Below, one piece after another: positions 60,239 to 64,000 of a stretch of 64,000 bases of DNA. Where the stretch lies: the NCBI GenBank assembly GCA_001563335.1, contig LRSL01000109.1:32001-96000 (forward strand). The letters are read 5' to 3'. A program made the position numbers and the translations under genes. Below the pieces are notes generated by a model that worked only from the letters and a program-made list of their open reading frames with translations, made no database searches and was not told where the DNA came from. The DNA is from Candidatus Thorarchaeota archaeon SMTZ1-45 (lineage in GTDB: Archaea > Asgardarchaeota > Thorarchaeia > Thorarchaeales > Thorarchaeaceae). Position 1 is the stretch's first letter. Every line of letters starts with the position of its first letter.

Positions 60239-61159
60239 TCATGTCTTTGCTTCTAGACCAAGTCGCTCCCAATTGGGGTGGGTCTTTCTTTGCATATACT
60301 GCAGATGTGTTTTCAACCCAAATTCCTCAGGCTCATGACCGAACGCAAGCGCAAGGAGTTCAACAACATGGAGTATATCAAAAGTATATTGCTGTTCGAA
60401 GTAGTTCTGTATCTCCACTTGTCCCATGTCAAGCTGCAATTCACAGAATGGACACGGTGTAACGATCATGTCTGCTCCACCAGCCTTTAGCAGACTGTCG
60501 AACTTCTGTTTTGTAAATTCGAGAGCAATTTTCACATCAGCAGTTCTTACAGCTCCACCAGCACCACAACAGATTAGTTCATCCTTATATGGTACATATT
60601 CAGCTCCTGAAGTTTCACAAAGTTCTCTAAAAATGTGCGGGCGCTCTGAGTCATCTTTCTGTTTGATGATTTTTGGTCGCATCCAATGACATCCAGGGTG
60701 TAGAGCCATTCGTACACCCTTGAATGGACGTGTTACTCTCTCACGTATCTTCTCAAGACCAACAAGATTGTATAACGCATCAACGTAATGCCAAACCTCA
60801 ATTGTACCCTTAAACTCTCTGTCGATTTCAGCTAAGTTTTCATTCACTGCTTCCCGGAGTTCATCATCATGCTTTAACTCGTAGTTTGCATCCCATAAGC
60901 TAGCAAAACATCCATTGCATCCAGTAGTAATTGGATGGCCACCAGCTTCCGCAATAGTCAGATTACGTGCTGCAATAGTAGCCCAAGTGACTCTGTCAAA
61001 GGACCCGAAAACACCCGGAGCTGGACAACAGGTAGCCCCCTCCATATCAAGGAGTTTCAAACCCAAGTCGTTGAATACTAGTTTAACCGCCCTCTCAACA
61101 CTTGGATATCGATGTGGTATGATGCATCCAAGGAAGTGGTAGAAAGATTTCTTCGCCAA
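60239..61159 (-). CDS. hdrB: Heterodisulfide reductase subunit B
   Basis: TCCPAPG, CNGC, HPGCH, ICCGAGG and CPFC. Confidence 0.94.
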   Translation of the reverse strand: MAKKSFYHFLGCIIPHRYPSVERAVKLVFNDLGLKLLDMEGATCCPAPGVFGSFDRVTWATIAARNLTIAEAGGHPITTGCNGCFASLWDANYELKHDDELREAVNENLAEIDREFKGTIEVWHYVDALYNLVGLEKIRERVTRPFKGVRMALHPGCHWMRPKIIKQKDDSERPHIFRELCETSGAEYVPYKDELICCGAGGAVRTADVKIALEFTKQKFDSLLKAGGADMIVTPCPFCELQLDMGQVEIQNYFEQQYTFDILHVVELLALAFGHEPEEFGLKTHLQYMQRKTHPNWERLGLEAKT

Positions 61160-61161
61160 CC

Positions 61162-61713
61162 TTAATGCTCCTCCTTTTCTTTCTCTTCGACTAACTTATC
61201 AAATCCAGTTTTTTTGGCAATCTTTCGAATTTCTTCGATTGCCTCTGGGTGACTACTTGCGTTTGGAGGGACTCTCTCAATACCAACACTTTCTCTCAAA
61301 TTTTCCCATGATTCCTTATCCAGTGGAACTGCATGTCCTGTTTCAAGAACTTTCAGAGCTACTTTTTGGTGAGGAACCAGCATGTAGCCCTCTGCAACGG
61401 CTATATTTCTAATCGCTTTGATGACGTCGGTTGGTTTCACATCCTGTGGACATCGATCTGTACAAGTATAACAAGTAGTGCAGTACCATAGCTCAGGAGC
61501 TGAAATGCATTGTTCTTTCAAGCCAAGGAGTGCTTTTCGAATTATTCCTCGGACAAGATAGTTGGTCCTTGCACCAGCAGGGCAACTACCACTACATGTA
61601 CCACATTGATAGCAGCTCTGAATATTAGGACCACCTGTCTTCTTAATTATCTGCACGAATGAATCGTCCGGGGTATCAAAAACGATTGCAGTTTTTTCCT
61701 CGGCACTGGTCAA
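61162..61713 (-). CDS. hdrC: Heterodisulfide reductase subunit C
   Basis: CYQCGTCSGSCP, CTTCYTCTDRCP and TGHAVP. Confidence 0.94.
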   Translation of the reverse strand: MTSAEEKTAIVFDTPDDSFVQIIKKTGGPNIQSCYQCGTCSGSCPAGARTNYLVRGIIRKALLGLKEQCISAPELWYCTTCYTCTDRCPQDVKPTDVIKAIRNIAVAEGYMLVPHQKVALKVLETGHAVPLDKESWENLRESVGIERVPPNASSHPEAIEEIRKIAKKTGFDKLVEEKEKEEH

Positions 61714-61808
61714 AATAACACACCGGCTGTGGAGGGTTTGAAGTTCAGCCTTAAATCCGTGTTGTTCAGGTCGTTAAATTCATCACTCAAAAATCATGAT
61801 TATTATCG

Positions 61809-62885
61809 ATGTTATGTCCAAATCATGAGTCTGAAGAGAGAATAATTTCTCAGTCAGTTGGCATCTGCTCTGCTTGCATTAGGGAAGGAGTACAGTCTAC
61901 GGCGCAACAAATCCATGAATTGCTTCGTAGGCGTGAACAGCTAGTGCCAACTATACCTAATAATGGCACCTTCACTTGTGGTGACTGTGGAAATCACTGT
62001 AAAATGAATGAGGGAGATTTAGGATTTTGTGGCAACCGTATTGTAACAGATTCAAAAGTTGTTGAAAGATATCTTGGAAAGGCTGTAGTTTCATGGTACT
62101 TTGATCCTCTTCCAACGAATTGTGTGGCTGATTGGGTCTGTTCAGCCACAAAGGAATTAGAGTTTGGATTTGGACAAAAACGATTGAAGAACCTAGCTGT
62201 CTTCTATGGTTCATGCAATTCGGATTGTCTTTTCTGTCAGAATGGAAGTTATAGAGTAATGATGGCGGCTGGAAGACCATTAATGACACCCAGAGAACTT
62301 GCTAATGCAGCAGACAATTATACTGCATGTGTCTGTTATTTCGGTGGCGACCCCTCAGTCAATTCTGAACACTCTTTGGAAACATCGAAACTATTGAATA
62401 TCGAGAAACATGTTAGAGTTTGCTATGAAACTAATGGAAATATATCAAAGAAGTGGCTCACAAGAATAGCAAATATGGTTGAAGAAACACGTGGAACATT
62501 CAAGTTCGACATTAAGGCAATCTCGCCGGATCTCTACAAAGTATTGACAGGAGTTTCAAACTCAGTCGTTCTTAGAAACTTCAAGGAGCTGGCAGCTCAG
62601 AAGAGAAACCGTGAGAATGAGTTTCTTGTAGCAAGTGTCCTTCTTGTTCCCGGATACATTGATCTACCTGAGGTCAGGAAGATTTGCAGATTTATTTCAG
62701 AGAATGATCCAACAATACCAACAGCACTACTTGGATTCTATCCACATCATGCAATGAGGGACCTCCCACGTACCAGTCGAGTTCACGCTCATGCTGCGCT
62801 GGAAGTTGCACACGATGAGGGATTGACGAATGTTAGGATTGGAAATCTAGGCTTGCTTGGAGCTGATACATACAGATTCGATTGA
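61809..62885 (+). CDS. Radical SAM protein (PFL-activating-enzyme-like family)
   Basis: CNSDCLFCQN, YFGGDP, ETNG and FDIKA. Confidence 0.88.
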   Translation: MLCPNHESEERIISQSVGICSACIREGVQSTAQQIHELLRRREQLVPTIPNNGTFTCGDCGNHCKMNEGDLGFCGNRIVTDSKVVERYLGKAVVSWYFDPLPTNCVADWVCSATKELEFGFGQKRLKNLAVFYGSCNSDCLFCQNGSYRVMMAAGRPLMTPRELANAADNYTACVCYFGGDPSVNSEHSLETSKLLNIEKHVRVCYETNGNISKKWLTRIANMVEETRGTFKFDIKAISPDLYKVLTGVSNSVVLRNFKELAAQKRNRENEFLVASVLLVPGYIDLPEVRKICRFISENDPTIPTALLGFYPHHAMRDLPRTSRVHAHAALEVAHDEGLTNVRIGNLGLLGADTYRFD

Positions 62886-62995
62886 GGGATTTTAATGCAC
62901 AATGGAGCAGATTTATCCATAATATAACGCTCAATATCTCAATCCTTATATCTCGTAAAATGCGGGACCCGGATAGGGAACGCTGAGGTCTGAGT

Positions 62996-63550
62996 ATGAC
63001 TGATACTATCTCTCGCGAAACCATAGACAACAATGAAATTGATACCGAGTTCGTTGACAAGATAGTGCAAGCCGGAGCTGATAGAATACGTACTTGTATT
63101 CAATGTGGAACTTGTTCTAGTGCATGTCCAAGTGGAAGACGGACTGCCTTCAGAACTCGTGAGCTCATGCGAAAAGCATTACTTGGACTCAAAGAAGATG
63201 TGCTGTCAAGTACTGATCTTTGGCTGTGTTCTACATGTTACAATTGCTTAGAGAGATGTCCTAGACAAATCAAGGTCACAGATGCTATAATCATCATGAG
63301 GAACATGGCAGTAGATGACGGACTTATGCTACCTGAGCACAAGAAAGCCTCTCAGAAACTTCTCTCCACTGGTCATGCTGTCCCAATTGATGATGCTAAT
63401 AGAGAGATACGAAAAGACCTAGGACTTGATGAACTTCCACCCACTACTCACTCGAATAAGAAAGCCCTCAGCCAGGTACAAGAGATAATGAAGAGAACTG
63501 GTTTCAAAGACCTCATTAAAAGCCAAAAAGCGGGGGGACAGATGAGGTGA
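62996..63550 (+). CDS. hdrC: Heterodisulfide reductase subunit C
   Basis: CIQCGTCSSACPSG, CSTCYNCLERCP and TGHAVP. Confidence 0.94.
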   Translation: MTDTISRETIDNNEIDTEFVDKIVQAGADRIRTCIQCGTCSSACPSGRRTAFRTRELMRKALLGLKEDVLSSTDLWLCSTCYNCLERCPRQIKVTDAIIIMRNMAVDDGLMLPEHKKASQKLLSTGHAVPIDDANREIRKDLGLDELPPTTHSNKKALSQVQEIMKRTGFKDLIKSQKAGGQMR

Positions 63551-64000
63551 CTGAATCACAGACATACTCTTTCTTCCTGGGTTGTGTGATGCCAAATCGT
63601 TTTCCGAATCTGGAGGCAAGCATTCGAGTTGTACTTCCCAGGTTGGGAATTAATCTTGAAGATCTTGAAGGGGCAAGTTGTTGTCCAGCTCCGGGTGTTG
63701 TTAGATCCTTTGACGAACCAACTTGGTTGGCTCTTGCATCAAGAAACCTGGCTCTTGCAGAGATGTCAGGCAATGATATCATTACTGGTTGCAATGGATG
63801 CTATGGTACTTTCAAGGAAGCTCTCGCGGAAATCCACGAACATCCTATTAGGTTAAAAGAAGTCCAAAAAATCTTCAAAGGAATGGGACTCAAGTTCTCT
63901 GGTAAGGTTGAAGCAAGACATGTCATTGAGGTCATCAGCGAACTGGGTCCGGATCATATTCGAAACAAAGTCGCTCGGCCAATGAATGGAGTCAAGGTCG
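63547..64000 (+). CDS. hdrB: Heterodisulfide reductase subunit B (partial, runs off window)
   Basis: GTG start overlapping the hdrC stop; YSFFLGCVMPNR, SCCPAPG and CNGCY. Confidence 0.92.
   Translation, partial: MTESQTYSFFLGCVMPNRFPNLEASIRVVLPRLGINLEDLEGASCCPAPGVVRSFDEPTWLALASRNLALAEMSGNDIITGCNGCYGTFKEALAEIHEHPIRLKEVQKIFKGMGLKFSGKVEARHVIEVISELGPDHIRNKVARPMNGVKV

Noticed and set aside
1-64000. CRISPR arrays, tRNA and rRNA genes
   Set aside because: No regularly spaced repeats or cloverleaf/rRNA signatures were seen in the short intergenic regions; this was a by-eye check only.

Overview
Archaeal chromosomal window, most likely from an Asgard archaeon of the Thorarchaeia type (inferred from gene content and protein style). 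The housekeeping backbone contains a SAMHD1-like HD hydrolase, Sua5/THUMP/Cgi121, hutI-hutH-hutU, an ECF transporter and the exosome/proteasome superoperon. It also has a NikR-regulated metal ABC transporter, a sugar kinase-aldolase-AOR operon, and a large heterodisulfide reductase cluster (two giant HdrA, three HdrBC pairs). The main anomaly is the hutU locus. An ~8 kb insert sits between a truncated hutU 5' end (20715-20846) and a second, ~70% identical hutU 5' part (12778-13153). It encodes a membrane-anchored HerA/VirB4-like ATPase and a ~1200-aa chimeric protein with an acidic N-terminus, repeated HTH-like modules and a LAGLIDADG domain. The second 5' part is separated from the rest of hutU by a 31-nt stop-containing insertion (12747-12777) that folds into an imperfect bulge-helix-bulge. 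Removing it at the BHB-predicted cut sites restores the conserved YGESGQVCQNW motif and a 672-aa enzyme. This suggests a homing-type element that repairs its target gene with a replacement 5' end plus a tiny mRNA intron. No tRNA, rRNA or CRISPR array was recognised. All calls are by eye; no database searches were run.
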